DNA of 63,777 nucleotides, counting the filler, from Choristocarpus tenellus KU-1152 (Eukaryota; Protista; Phaeophyceae): the NCBI GenBank assembly GCA_964200185.2. It is 13 parts of 13 records of this genome, joined end to end, with 100 filler letters (N's around TTAATTAATTAA, not from the genome) between each part and the next. Parts side by side here need not be neighbours in the genome. Positions count along the whole stretch, not along the records: positions 8,007 to 13,521 come from CAXNAD020010555.1; positions 13,622 to 17,877 come from CAXNAD020015455.1; positions 17,978 to 23,907 come from CAXNAD020009382.1; positions 24,008 to 29,647 come from CAXNAD020010163.1; 9 more parts are not named here. The stretch is one strand, 5' to 3'. The notes beneath the pieces are model-generated. The model was not told the DNA's origin and did not search any database. It saw nothing but the letters and a program-made list of their open reading frames with translations. Below, piece by piece: positions 12,353 through 25,725 of this stretch; position 1 is the stretch's first letter; each line of letters starts with the position of its first letter. A program made the translations under genes and the position numbers.

Positions 12353-13391
12353 ACAAGACCATTTCATGTAGCCTTGACTACCAGTATTTCACAAAAACAC
12401 CCTCGTGCTTGCATTTACTTGCCCAAAGAGTCAGTACACAGAGGTTATTCCCACATGTACTTGGGAAAAATTGGGGGTTGGTTCGATATATTTGGATTGA
12501 ACCAGCTCTGGTTCGGCTGTAACACTTACATGAAGTACTGAATATATATATATATTGAACCGTCAGAGTTTTTACAGGAACAGGCATCAGGTCAATTTTG
12601 GTACAATATGCTTGATCCAGGGCCACCCCAGATTGGAACTGGATCGGGACAATTTTAACCTTGTGTCCAGTGGAAACGCCTGCCATAAATATTCTTCCAT
12701 AACAATACTCCCATAGTGAAAACCAACTAACCAACTAACTAACTCTTTGCCTCTCCAACTATTTTGTCAACAAGTGACCACAAGAGTACTTGTTCACCTT
12801 TTAGTCAGCACTGTGTTCTAGTCAGACATTTCAATTCCACCGGAGAGGGTACAAAAGACATTCAAAAGACATTCAAAACACTGGCGCCAGGAACTAAAAT
12901 AGTCAATACAAACAAACGTCCCCATTTCTATAAAGAAACAAGAAACAATGGAATCAATTACACAGCATGTCTGACAATGGTAGAAAGTGAAAGTCGCCAA
13001 AAGAACAAGGATAACAAGACAACAAAACTGACACATGACTTGACCCTTGCCAGCACCAACTGTGTAACTGTGTACAGAATCATTAAGCTCATTGTACTCC
13101 TTCCCTTCCACCCCCCCACCCCCCCCCAACCCAAACTGACAGGTTCCTGGGTTGACAGTCAAAACTCCAAACAAAAGAGTCAGTCCCCAATGTTGTCCAA
13201 AAAAAAAATGCCCGTGGACACAATTCGAACACCCAGAGCAGTATTAAAATAATGATAATATTATACTTCATAGTACAAGAGTGGAACACACCTCAATATC
13301 AGCCTCAAATTGGATCCCCGTCTCCTTGTAGAGCTTGTCCCTAAGGATAAACCGATAGGTTTTGCCATCTCCAAGGCAGCGGATTGCCAAC
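8699..13391 (-). CDS. CIA30-domain + NAD(P)-binding Rossmann protein (HCF173-like), 3' part; exons 13292-13391, 11771-11959, 9883-9975, 9381-9524, 8699-8881
   Basis: Five phase-compatible GT-AG exons: LAIRCLGDGKTYRFILRD...FEADIE|TKPNKWMTHRIPFSSFKP (CIA30), then FVYLSSAA, KAEETLRNSGLAYTIIRLGG and GKIAHADAAEIVVQCL (atypical SDR C-terminus), ending in TAG. Confidence 0.85.
10311..10450. repeat. 78-bp imperfect tandem duplication (intronic)
   Basis: ACATACTAAC...CATACTTCATCTCCCC(T/C)ACCAACTTCCCTCAAC twice. Confidence 0.8.
10705..11272. repeat. 49-bp minisatellite, about 11.5 copies, intronic
   Basis: Unit CAACTACACTATCAAGTAGGTACTTCAACGTGTCAACAGGAATGTGGTT starting at 10705, 10754, 10803, 10852, 10901, 10950, 10999, 11048, 11098, 11147 and 11196, with degenerate edges. 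Confidence 0.97.
12305..12354. repeat. (CA)n microsatellite (others at 11649-11668 and 13745-13790)
   Basis: Direct CA runs. Confidence 0.95.
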
Positions 13392-13741
13392 CTTGAAAAA
13401 ATCACCAGTCATTCCCGCAGTTATTTGAGAAAGGCATTGGTTTGCTACTGTGGACGAAGGCGTATTCAAGTCCCCCCCCCCCTCTCTTCTCATAGTTGCA
13501 AGTAAGTGACACATAGGACATNNNNNNNNNNNNNNNNNNNNNNNNNNNNNNNNNNNNNNNNNNNNTTAATTAATTAANNNNNNNNNNNNNNNNNNNNNNN
13601 NNNNNNNNNNNNNNNNNNNNNATTTCATTGTGCTACTTGAGATTCACCTGAGAGTACTACTGTTCTGCTGAGCTGACGTGCGTTAATCTGTGAATTGGAT
13701 TTGACTTGTACATCCTGGAAGGTGAGCATCGAGGGGCGCCT

Positions 13742-13796
<55 letters not shown>

Positions 13797-13876
13797 ACAC
13801 ATACATTTCAGTTTCTCATTACTCCACCTAAATGCCAGGTGTTCACTTCCCTCTATGTAGCCAGTATAAGTTCTCT

Positions 13877-14134
13877 GAGTGAAAGTATCTTAGAGGGTAC
13901 GAGTTTTGTCCTGCTTGTCCATTTGGGACTTGGCTTCCCATGGTTTTTTTTAATGACATTTTCCTACTCCAAAATGTTTCGGAGTAGGTAAAATGTATAT
14001 GTTATGAAACGTGTGTCTGGAAAAAGGATACTGACACTTCCTAAAAAGCACGATAGCCAACATACATCAAAATCGCAACATTGGATTTTGACCCCCAAAT
14101 GGACGCGGTCCTACCATCTAAGATACTTTGGCTC
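13877..14134 (+). mobile_element. MITE family B, full length, TSD TCT
   Basis: TCT-GAGTGAAAGTATCTTAGAGGGTA...TACCATCTAAGATACTTTGGCTC-TCT. Confidence 0.93.
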
Positions 14135-14746
14135 TCTGCACAGAACGACAACAAGGTCTTGAGGTCCTTGTCTTTGTCTACCCCTGGATCTCTCAACATC
14201 ACTTCCGCAAACTCTTGCTTGTACCTGAAGTATTTGGGTGGTGTGTCACTTCCATCAACTTCCAGGATACAAAAAAATGAGGTAGGTGCTGTAAGTGGAC
14301 CAAGATAAAACAATACAACGCGGTAGGACTGCAAATATAAATAGAGGCTGTAGTTGTGGGGAGGTAAGAAGGACATGCCCTACTACCAGGAGCTGGCTTG
14401 TAGACATCATTCCCGATCAATGTATGGCCTGAAATAGCCTTCCTCTCAGTATGACAAATGGTTGGTGGGAACGGATATCGCATGAAGAAGGGAAAGTGTT
14501 GTAGAGGGACAACTCGAGAAAGTCACAAAAAAACATGCCAAGGATGGACTGCCAGCAAGGGGAAGATCTACATCCCAATTGCAACATCTTTGTTGAATCT
14601 CATAGATCCTCATCACACAGAAACTCGACCACTTTCACATCTACAGATGCTTTTTCCGATCCTTCGGTTTTAATGTTTGTACAGGAAAAAACTAGATGTT
14701 GATAATAAAAAATAAAGGTGGATTAACCAAGCACGTCTCCATCTCT

Positions 14747-14819
14747 TCGCCTGTATATCAATCGGCAGATTATGAGTCTTATGAGCTCAGGGTTGCGGGT
14801 TCAAATCCCGCTAGGCGAA
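14747..14819 (+). tRNA. tRNA-Ile(TAT), intronless; possibly a pseudo-tRNA or SINE head
   Basis: Acceptor TCGCCTG/TAGGCGA; D arm TATC-AATCGGCA-GATT (one mismatch); anticodon stem TGAGT/GCTCA with loop CTTATGA; T arm GCGGG-TTCAAAT-CCCGC; TTTT just downstream. Confidence 0.75.
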
Positions 14820-17800
14820 TATTTTGTCGGTTTATTTCTAGACTGGTACTTCATCTTCTCATATCGATTCATTTGAGGGGTTCGAACCCCACCAATGCCA
14901 AACTTCTTATGTATGAAATCTTAGTGTTTCGAGCAAATTGAAGTCGAGGTGGCAAACGTTATGTAGTGTGTAACTGCACTCTCCTATACCACCACAAAAA
15001 TGTGTGGCCAAGAACGATGTGTGGGAAGGCTTCATTCGCGACAACGTTGAGGCGGGTCAGTGTTCTTGAGTGTAATGGATTCTTCTAGGCAGTTCAATAT
15101 CTCACTCATCGCTTCTTTATTCTTTGACAAGTAGTGCTGAAGACCGGGTCCAGCACAAGATTTGGAGGAGGGGGTGAGGTGGAGTGACGAGGAGTAGATG
15201 ACTGTACCCATTTTATGAGAAGAGAGGCATGAAGGCTCTAGACCCAGATTAAGTGCAGGGCGCTAGCATCGGCTCAAGGGGTCAAACTCAGCAGCAAGGA
15301 AGCGACTGGAACTGGATTATGCACATCCAAGAAGATAATAGTAGGATAACAATATTGAGGGCCAGCACGTCCTAGCTGGTGAGAGGGTGTCCACGGAAGG
15401 CATGCATGAAGGGGTTGAGGTGGCAACCTGAAATCAAGAAGAATGCTAATGAAGTGTTTGATTTCCTGGTCGAAGAAGCTGATAAGTTTTGCATTTTTCA
15501 GCATGCTACGGAGTCCCAGGCTAAGCATGGTAGTTCTGGGGCAGTGCAAGAGCTAGGTTCATCTTTCGATAAGATTAAAGATATTTGTGTTGTGCACGCT
15601 AGCAGAGCTGAGGGACGGTCCTATTTAGGTGAAAAAGTGTTGTAATTCACAGAATTGAGTCAGAACTGTGGCAAGCAGCCACGAGGTGACTGAGTGTCGA
15701 TCAGGAGTCGTTTTCATTATCTTCACAACAGCAGCAGCAGAAGGAGGAGCAACATTGTACTACTTCAGCAGGGGAATGAAGGCCAGTTAAGGTGATGAAT
15801 CCAGGTCAAGACAATCTGATGGTTCGGGTCAAGGCCTTCTTATGTGCACAGAAGGGCAGAGCAAGTCATTTGGGTGCAGTCTAAGGCAACCACAGCCATC
15901 AAAGGGAGGTTGTTCCCCTACCCCTAGAGCATCAGGGAGAGGGGGCTTCTTACACCTCTCTGGAAGTGTCCCTAAAGAGGCTGTCATGGCCCAGGTGGGT
16001 GAACCTTTTCCATTCCTAAACCCTAAGTCAAATATAAAAGTAAATGCATTTCCTCTAAACAGGAGTGAAGAGGAAAAAAGACTTAAGAAAATTTTTGTGA
16101 AGCTCTTGAGAGAGTTCACCACTACTTGGTGCTGAAAGTAAAAAAAAAAATGTTTGAGACTTTCTCATTGAATAGGGTTTTCACTTTTAATACATACACT
16201 CAATCGTGTTTAAATGACCCCTCTCCACAACATTATTTTTATTTATAGGCAGCAAGGTGTTACTTTTTGAAGATAGTGATTATTATATAGTGGTCGTAAA
16301 GAGAGGTCATTTGAAGAAGAGTTGCAAATCTGGATATTGTCAGTGGACCTCGTCCCCTCTACACAATTGCATACGATAAAAAAAAGTAGGGCGGAGTTTT
16401 GGTCTGCAGTTTCGGAGTCCCTACATGAAAAAACAGTCCCCATTTTTTTACTTCACATTAATTTCGTTACTCTTTCCCACCAATTTCTGGACAGCTGAAT
16501 TTCAGATTTCACCCATACAACAGCTAGGTCCTCTAGTGGGTGGCAGCATGCCCCCAAAACATCCTACTTAGTACATTGATTTCATAGTTGCCCTCTGAAG
16601 TTAGCAAAAATGAGTGATTCAAACTGCAAAGCATCAATTGCTCTCAGAAATGAACCCTAAGGCACTTATTTCCTGAGATCATCAAGTAAGAAGTAATTTG
16701 ATTGGATTATGCCACAACATAAAACTCAAGTACAGTAGTAATAGGAACAGCCCATTATATCCCTTGCTCACTATGCATGGTCCACACCATGTGAGTGAAC
16801 CCAATGTTGTGTGCGAATATACTAGTAGTGTGCATGTTTCACATTCAATATATGTCAATATATAGAATAACTCGTCACTATTGAATGGTAACCCAGGAGT
16901 TTTAGTTCGCATTTGTTACTCACATGTATTAAATGAGTTTTGTGAGATGGATAAGGCACTCTTTTTGAAGATTCAATATGCACCAAAGATACACATTTTA
17001 AGCTATGAGGTACTTTGTCACCCATTCAGGCTCCGCGCCTTCTCCTAGGACTTGCAATCTCGACCACTAGAAGAGCCCCCCTGTTCCTCAACTTACTATG
17101 AGCGCACTCCTCAACGAGAGGCTCCATTCACCGACACATACCCCAGGTAAAACATATCACCTTTGCAGTTCTCCTCAGTACAAGGCAGTACACAATGAGA
17201 AACACATTACTCAGGGTTCTGTGGCTGGTTCAGGCACTAAACTATAGATGCACAAGAGGATCAGAAGCATGCCCAGACTAATAATCAAGCCCCCTACACA
17301 CACTCCCCAGTAAATTTTGGCCATTCCTGCCACTTCTTGCCTTCTTTATCTCAATCCAGTGCTCTGCTCATGTGCCCACCAAGCCTACAGGTATATTAGG
17401 GCAACAGTATACAACGCACTAGAAATCATCCTTATATATCTCAAGAGCAAAATGGAGGCGATCTTCATTCCATCAATTTTCCCACCACCAAGGACTCCTA
17501 CTGACATCTCAACGTTGGACTCAAGTTGGGATTAGAGAGCAGCACACTTTGACTAAAAAGACAGCAGCTTCATTCATTGTAAAGAAAAACATCAAAAATT
17601 GAAGAAAAAGATCCAAGCAAGAAAAAGAGACAAAACTCTTCTCCACATGCAAGATCCAAAACAAACACCTTTCTGTGGGTTTTTATGGTGCATGCCTTTC
17701 CTTCTTCCCTAGGGTCTCTTAGAGCTCTGCCAATGATAACCTCTCAAGAGTAAAGTGTGTATCTCCCATCACTTTCTCCATCTAGTCCTTGTCTCCACAC

Positions 17801-17977
17801 CTTCGCTAATATGCAGTATCATACTCACACTGTAGTCATCCCCACCATACTAATACTAGCCAGGTGTATTATCCCAGNNNNNNNNNNNNNNNNNNNNNNN
17901 NNNNNNNNNNNNNNNNNNNNNTTAATTAATTAANNNNNNNNNNNNNNNNNNNNNNNNNNNNNNNNNNNNNNNNNNNN

Positions 17978-18025
17978 AAACGGACGCCCCCTCACAAACC
18001 ACCCCCCCCCAAGATACTTTGATCC
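17978..18025 (+). mobile_element. Right end of family C element at contig start
   Basis: AAACGGACGCC...CCCCCAAGATACTTTGATCC. Confidence 0.75.
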
Positions 18026-18248
18026 TTACACATATTAGTAGTTCACATTGACTGCAAGGAACCTGTACACAATGTAACTGCAACTAAATGCACTGTTTCT
18101 CATCACACTACCTACTATGGTAAATAAACTGTTGCACTACCAAAAGTTGCATTCCTCCGTTTTCTGTCTTGTTTCTTACATATTCAGTTTGGTCGAACCA
18201 CACCGCTCTTCTCTTTTCACCCCCTCACTCAAACCTTCTGATGGACCT

Positions 18249-18428
18249 GACCCAAAGTATCTGTGGGGGGGGGAGGTCTACACCAGGGCGTCCATTTCGG
18301 ATAAAACCAGGAAAGATGCACTTACATTATCCGTCCGACGTATGCAACCAAAACACCCAAAAATCGCGGCATGAAAAATTGATCCCAAATGGACAGCTGC
18401 CACGCCCCCCCCCCAGATACTTTGATCC
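18249..18428 (+). mobile_element. MITE family A, full length, 4-bp TSD ACCT
   Basis: ACCT-GACCCAAAGTATCT...AGATACTTTGATCC-ACCT. Confidence 0.93.
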
Positions 18429-20453
18429 ACCTGCCTCAGAAGCTCTCAGAAACGAAGCCTTGCCATATGCTGATGTGATGTGGTGGCGAATTATGAATGG
18501 ATGGGATAGTGCAGGTCGGCGTATTATTACTTGTAGTGTGTACCAGATTTTCTTAAATAGAAATCTGGCGTTTTGGGGGTTCAAATCTGGGAAATTAATA
18601 TTGCAGGGGCCGCTTTCAATTCACTTCATATATACAAGGATGTTAGTGTTTTCTAGACAAGAAAAGGAACATGTATGCCCCTCAGACCACAAACAACACA
18701 AAAATGAGTTCAGGAAGTGTGCAGAGTCGATTTAACAAGAAGGAGAGACAATAGATACAGACAGAAATGCCATGCATGGAAAGAAGATGAAGCTTTCAGA
18801 AGGATTACAGAGTGAAGAGTGGTTGTAGGAATCTGTGTTTTATGACAGCATACGGGGTTCTAAGTAATAGGATATAGAATTCATTGGTGAGAGTGGATGT
18901 TTGACATAATATATGGCTATCGTCCACTTACTGAAGTATTTTAGGTGACACAACTAACTTGACCAATATCTAAACTGTAGGTAGGGTTGGCAAGAAGCAA
19001 GGATGGTAAAAAAAATAAGGAGAGAAGGTCAACAAGAAAACTGCAGGAAAGCTTACCGTGGTGAAGGGTTTAGTTTATCGTCTATTACCCTAATTTGCAA
19101 CTTGGTAGTTGGTCAGAAGTTTGGTAATATCAGGTAGTGACTAGAACAATTTGGTGAAGTCCTGTAGAGAAATAAAAGAGTAAAAATGTGGATAGAAAAG
19201 ATGAAAAGTGAAAATAATATAAAAAAAAAAAAAAAAATTGGGACACATATACATGTGTATATAAGAGAAAGTTCAGGTCTCCACCGTAGGGTCTAATTCA
19301 GTACATGTAGTATTTGTCCATGTACCTCAAGATGTTGTGTGTCCGCATTCCGTCGCGGGAGTGTATAGTTTTGGACCCCAGTTGTAGCGGAGGTCAGATT
19401 TTCTTCGCGGGAATTGAATTCCATGGACTACATGGCAAGTGCGTTGGTATGGTACACGTGTACGTGTACGTTATTATATTGAGTTAAACCACGAAAAGGG
19501 ACACCTGGAACGATCTGGATTGTGCTGCCGAATATTCATGACGGGTGGAGTGAGTATGTATGAGATTCGAGAGAGAAGACAGAGCGTGAAAAATCAAGGG
19601 CTGCACCAGGCAATAATGGAATTAGTGGTAATACAATAGTTAGCTTTAAGAGCAGAAGAAATGTTGGTTCATTGTGTGCTGCAACCTGACGATAGGTCGG
19701 GGTTTAGGTAGGGTGCCTATGAGTTATTTAAGTTATTAAAAAAGTAAGCAAACTTCAAAAATATTGTTGGCAAATACAGCACACGAAACCGGAATTTTAC
19801 AGGCTATAAGCCCGTAATGTACACCCAAAGTGTATCTTCCGCCTTGAACGCTGGTCAAGGTAGATTTGGTTTAGTAGTATACACCACAAAAAATCACTGT
19901 AGTAAGAAGTACTCACCCCAACCTATCCACTTCAAATTAATTAGAACTAGTTGTTTTCTTTAATTTTCTTCTTCAACATAAAAAAAATCCCAAATTGCCA
20001 GACTATCATACCTCCACTCCGCTTCCCACTATTTTACTTTTTCTTTTCTTCTCTTTTTTTCTCTTTCTCTTTCCACTTTCTCTCTCTCTTCCACTACTTT
20101 GTTTTCTTGCATTATCATTGTTTTCATTTCTGAAATGGAGTTTATATATAGCCTTCTTTATGTACTTCCAAATTATTTAATTTTGGCTTTGGGATCCCTC
20201 AGAATAGAAATAATAATATCGACAATACGATAACAATAATAAAACAATACTCAGAATAACTGAGTATTATTCTGGTAGGAGAAATATTGGAAAGATTGTC
20301 ATGTTCGAAATCAAGAGGTGAAGGGGAAAAGTTAAGAAAACATGGTATTTATGATAACGTATATATTAATTTGATAGAAAAATCATGAATAGAATAGAAT
20401 GTGATATTTTGCGGATGGAACCGCAGACAGAAAGGACAACAAAAACTATACTG

Positions 20454-20843
20454 GAGGATATTGCAGGAAAGGAGTAGTTAAATCCCGGCTACGCCAAATT
20501 GTTTCTGTGACTACGCAAGTGGCATTGTCTCGACGTGTCATGCGCTTTAAACTAGAGTCACCAGGGAGATGGACACGGAGGGGTTTGTTGGATTCTTGGG
20601 ATGCCTCCCTAGCTCCCCACTCCGAGGCGCAGGAGTGGGTACATGGGAAGCACAGGAAGACAGTAGTACAATATTGATGTGTTGAAGTAACTGCTAGATT
20701 AGTGGTTTTCACACTTCCAGTGTTTTATAGTGATTCACATTTATGATATTTTATTTCCTTAGGGCTGATAACGACATAATATGTATAGTTTTCGTTTGTT
20801 TTCCCCCTGACACATCTCCAAAATGTCAGAGGGCATAATAATA
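20454..20843 (+). mobile_element. Second, shorter 3' fragment of the same LINE family
   Basis: Colinear with ~1305-1690 (GGAAAGGAGTAGTTAAATCC...CCCTGACACATCT.CAAAATG.CAGAGGGCA), with a TAATAATA tail. Confidence 0.88.
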
Positions 20844-22461
20844 TTTGTACATATGTAACTTGCTATAAAGAAACACCGATATGAAAATACTTGATTCTAT
20901 GAGTGTTTTATATAGGGTTATCGAATTGGCGTTTGGCGGGGTGTCAAATAATCCAGAAAATTTCCTTTTTCCATCAATCTTGAACTTAGAAGAAAAAAAT
21001 TACGCAAACGGTACAAACATCAAGATACATCTCTCAAAGGTGAGATGGAATAATAATAATATTATATATATTATGGTAAAAAAAAGTTTATTTTATGATG
21101 ACTTTGATTTCTGACGCAATACGAAGCACTGGGTTCTGAAGAAGTAAATCTATATATTTTTATACATCACCCACAAATAATATTGAGATATGGTTGTGGA
21201 TTTGTGGATGATTTGTGAGACCTCAAATCCATTATCCTCGTCTCCAACTAACAAGGTTCTTGTCTCCCCCCTTACCAACATCTCCACAAAATGTTAATGG
21301 GTATACTTTAAGGTAATCCTGTAACATATTTGGAACCAACATTTTTTTAACACACGTTCGTGTCCATTCACGAAATAGACTAGTGTGACTATTGTGATGC
21401 AATCATCTCCGTACACCAAATAATATAGCCTAGTTTATCTCACATTATGGCATGATATTATCTCGTCACTGATTGGTTTGAGGTATATTTTTTAATCATT
21501 ATTTCTGACATTTTACATTGTGTTGTCAAAATAAGGGACATCACCAAAGACATTGTAGAGAATACAATAATAGTTACTGTAGTGGTAAATATATTAGATA
21601 TCATGCTAGTCATAGTATCATTCATCGTCTAACGTGAACTAGTAGATGTTTTATGCAGTGGTTATCTTCAGAGTCCCTCCTTCCTTCCCTTCTATCTGCA
21701 CTCCAATGAATTTTGTTATACAATATTTTGAGGGGGTGCTTGGCCCAGAATGTGATCAGTTTTTGTCCTGCTGGCAGGGCTCTGCCGTGTGATGTGTTCA
21801 TTATTATTAGTTGTTCGCTTAGAATTCCTTGTTGGCCCTTTGAAGGTCAACGTTACACAGGCTCCTCAGCTACACGCCATGCGCACGTACGCACCTTTTT
21901 TTAATCTCAATCGTCAAATTTTGTACATACCCGTATGCACAGACGCCCTCCTGACATATCCCAACCCTTCTACCTAGGTATAGCCACCCCTCTGTGCCTA
22001 CCCTCCAACTAGCGCTGCTCAAGCACAGTGACGACTAGCTGGTTGAGCTTCTCCCCCTCTTTCCACAAAGTCCTCCCCTGTGCCATACCACCTCCCTGTG
22101 CTGTTCAAACACTCTAGAGTTGCCTACTGTTGGATGTTCTCCTCTTCTTCACCCCCCAGCACAGCCCGTATAAATTTACTATCTCACACACCCCTTGTTC
22201 CTTTCCTCCTGGTGGTACTCACGCACAGTGACAACTAACTACCTCGCACACTTCCCCTCTTCTTCTCCCCTCGGCACAGACCCCTTTGTTACCCATGCAC
22301 ACCTCTGTGCCCTGCAGTACCCCATCCTGACCATAAAACATCGGTAGTAACCAACTTTTGTTGTGCATGTGAGCTACAAGCCTAGTGGGATTCTCAATCG
22401 ACAGTATTGTTGGAGCATGTTCTCCAAAGGCATATAGTACTCTTAGATTCATTATGATGGC

Positions 22462-22739
22462 GACACAATGAGCGGGTGCAGGGACCAAGCGCACAAGAAG
22501 ATATTGCTAGGGGCACCCAAGAGAAAAAGGAAGAGCATTTTCGCCACTTGAATGTCTAAGAAGGCACAGATCATAACAAAGTAACATAGAATGGAGCAGA
22601 CACAATGAGCAGGTGCAGGGACCAGGCACATAAGAGGATGTTGCCAGGACACCCAAGAGGAAAAGGAAGAGCATTTTCGCCACATGTTCGTCTAAGGACG
22701 CACAGATAATAATGAAGTAACAAAAATGGAGCGCAGACC
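22462..22739. repeat. 137-bp diverged tandem duplication
   Basis: GACACAATGAGC.GGTGCAGGGACCA...AAAAGGAAGAGCATTTTCGCCAC... starting at 22462 and 22599. Confidence 0.88.
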
Positions 22740-23818
22740 ACACTCCCACCTTGGTCCATCTCGTTGCCTCAATAACAGTGCCAATCTCACTCTCTCCATC
22801 GCCACATTTTTCCATGCGTCAGAAGTCTTTATTTCCATGCGACCACTTAGACAGCGTCAATTTTGAGGGCAAGGAAGACTCTTTAATTGAAGGGAATATT
22901 TCCTATATATCCTACCTTCAGGCACTGCGAGAGGGGCCTTGTCACACTGGGAACAATGGAGTGTGAACAAAGTCTCAAACACTTGGCGGATTGCTAACAA
23001 ACATCATCTTCCAAGTGTATCAGGTGCAAACTAGGTAAAATATCCGTACAGGGCACTCATCTGCTCAGTGAGTAGCATTCTGGAAAGCAACTTGCTGTTG
23101 TGCGATATGGGGTGCAATAACGACTGGAGGTACCCAGAAATGTGGATTTCATTTGAGGTTCCCTATTATCGCACACACAATTCACGACTAAGAAACAAAA
23201 ACGCCGCTCCAATCACAGCTGGAGTATATTCGAAAACAAGAACCAACTCCATACATACACGCCTTACAATAGGAATCCTCTTCCTGTTCAGGATCGGTTC
23301 AAACCGTTTGCAGGGCAGTTCACTTCTGGAAAATTAGCCCTTGCATACAAAACGCCCTTGCACAGGGATCAATTCTTATGGTGATTAAGAGGAATCTTAG
23401 ACAAGGAAATTTATAAATTCGAAGCCCATCTCCACAGCAAGCATTACAAAGCTCAAGAGGGTTGAAAACAAAATCTTAACATTTATCTTGTGTTTTGGTG
23501 TATGGTATTGTATGAGCATTTATTTTGCGCTGACTCATGCAAGAACAAACTAGAACGCAAAAAAGTAGAGTCTTGCCGTTAATCGTTGTACAGCAGCCAG
23601 AGTGTTTTTAAGGTTAAGTTTTCGTATCTGTTGTGTTTGAGTATTGTAGGGCACTGTTTGACACGCTGTGCTTTGACTGTTCATACATGGGTCTTTCATT
23701 GTTTATGTAGAAATAAGACAGAATGGCATATTTTTCCCTTTCTCTGGATCCCTAAAATGCAACCCTGCTTACCTCTTAGTTGATTTGACTCAACATTGAA
23801 GAACCCAAAAGGGTTTTT

Positions 23819-23907
23819 GACTCGAAGTATCTGGGGGGGGCGGGGGGGGGTCTACACCAGGGTGTCCATTTGGGCCTGGGCAGGATAAATTAATTTACAT
23901 TATCCAT
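23819..23907 (+). mobile_element. MITE family A, cut by contig end
   Basis: GACTCGAAGTATCTGGGGGG...TCTACACCAGGGTGTCCATTTGGG. Confidence 0.88.
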
Positions 23908-25725
23908 NNNNNNNNNNNNNNNNNNNNNNNNNNNNNNNNNNNNNNNNNNNNTTAATTAATTAANNNNNNNNNNNNNNNNNNNNNNNNNNNNNNNNNNNNN
24001 NNNNNNNTACCACGGTATAACGGTATATGGCATACGAGCAATACGGTATAATAACAGACAAACAAGCTTTCCACAGTACGCAGCTACGAAAAGTTTGAGT
24101 TTTTCAACGATTTTTCACAAAATGGATCACAGTAACTTGAACACCTCAAAATGTTTCTGGACCAACTCCAATCCCCAAAACTGGACAAAAATAGATCGAA
24201 AGGGGTCAGGAACATCCGCCAAACAACTAGATGAGTCGCCATAGGCTGCATCCATACTTGACTGGATGTGGCAAACAGAGATTATTTTAAGTGTGTCATT
24301 TGATATTGAATCGACCCATTCAACCTTGAAAATGGTGTTATACCTCCTCTGCCCCAATTGTGGTACACCCACTTAATTCTGGGCATTTTCTGCTGCGGTC
24401 ATCATATGATGCACAGTGGCACATGAGGGCTAAGGAACCAAGGCAGGGCTGTGAATTTCCTCGCAGGCAAACCTAAAAGCAAATTGTGCTCATAAATAAC
24501 AGCTCATGCTGTAAAAAGATTTTAACACGTTCAATTCAGTCACCTCCATAGAATTATGCTCTGTGAAACCTAGAAGATTAAAGCTTGGGCTGCATTCCCT
24601 ACTCTTAATTGTGCCATTCTTTGTTGTAGATATTTACATGAAGTAGGGGAGGTAACGCCTTTCAATTCAACTCGCCAATTGGTATGAGGTAATTATACAA
24701 GCTATGATCTGCTGTTTGAATTAACGCTTGGGGATACTAGGGGTCAGTATGAAAACATGGACCTCTCCTTACGAAGCAACTATGGAGCAACAAGGAAAGT
24801 GCCTCCCAAGAACCTTCCTACAAACGCAAATGTACCACACAAGCGCTTACATGCTTCTTGCTGGAAAGAAAAAGCACAACAGTGTCAGTGCTCAATTGAG
24901 GAAGTACTATAAATTCAACAAGAGGGCAAGTTTACAGGTCCTTGGTTCGATCATTAGCAGCTGAGGTGCCAAAAACGTTGAATATATTACCCAAGTCAGC
25001 AGAAATGAGACCTCAGAATCAGGTACGGGGCTATTGAGGGATGGTGAATATGCTAAGGTCACAAGGACCACCTCAGCCATTCTTTTTCTGCTCTCTATGG
25101 GTTCCATAATGAGGAACAACATGACAAGTAAACTTGGGAGAGCAACCATGCACTAGGTAGCACTACAACAGCAGTATCAAAGTGATGTTCAATATATTTT
25201 GCAGTGCAACATGACTTTGAAACCAACAGATCATTGGAATACAAGTCTGTCAATCACAGATACTGTTTCTAATACAGTGGTGTGGTAGGTGCAGAAGAGG
25301 TTGGTGCTTCCACCAACGTCATTCCTAACAGGAGACAGTGGACAGCACCTGGCCTCAATCATCACTTTTAATGTTCTATGAATGATGTTTAGATTCCTGA
25401 TTCAATATCCCTATTATCTACATCAATTCTTCTTCTCTTTCCTCTTTCTTCTTTCTTCTTAGGCACCAATACATTCACATATTATGACCAGTCTCATAAG
25501 AGTACCAACACTTAAACTGGCATAATCTCTAGATGTGAACAATATATATATTGATGAGGTAGCTCTGCTGAAATATCTTTTTATTTTCAGTCCAATGCTG
25601 AGGAATAGGTCATGGAAATTGCATCATTCTACAAAAAAATAAATGCCAACTACTACCAAACAGTTCCACCAAGATGCACAGAGCTTACACAAGATTGATT
25701 TTCAAGGCCTATGCGAGAGGTTAGA

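Noticed and set aside
15000-16135. gag-like remnant
   Set aside because: Only a weak NCGK hint; not assignable without a search.
22462-22739. EsV-1-7 viral cysteine repeat
   Set aside because: Only a loose resemblance (CRDQAHK..GHPR.KGRAFSP); key cysteines are missing and the 137-bp unit is not a multiple of 3.
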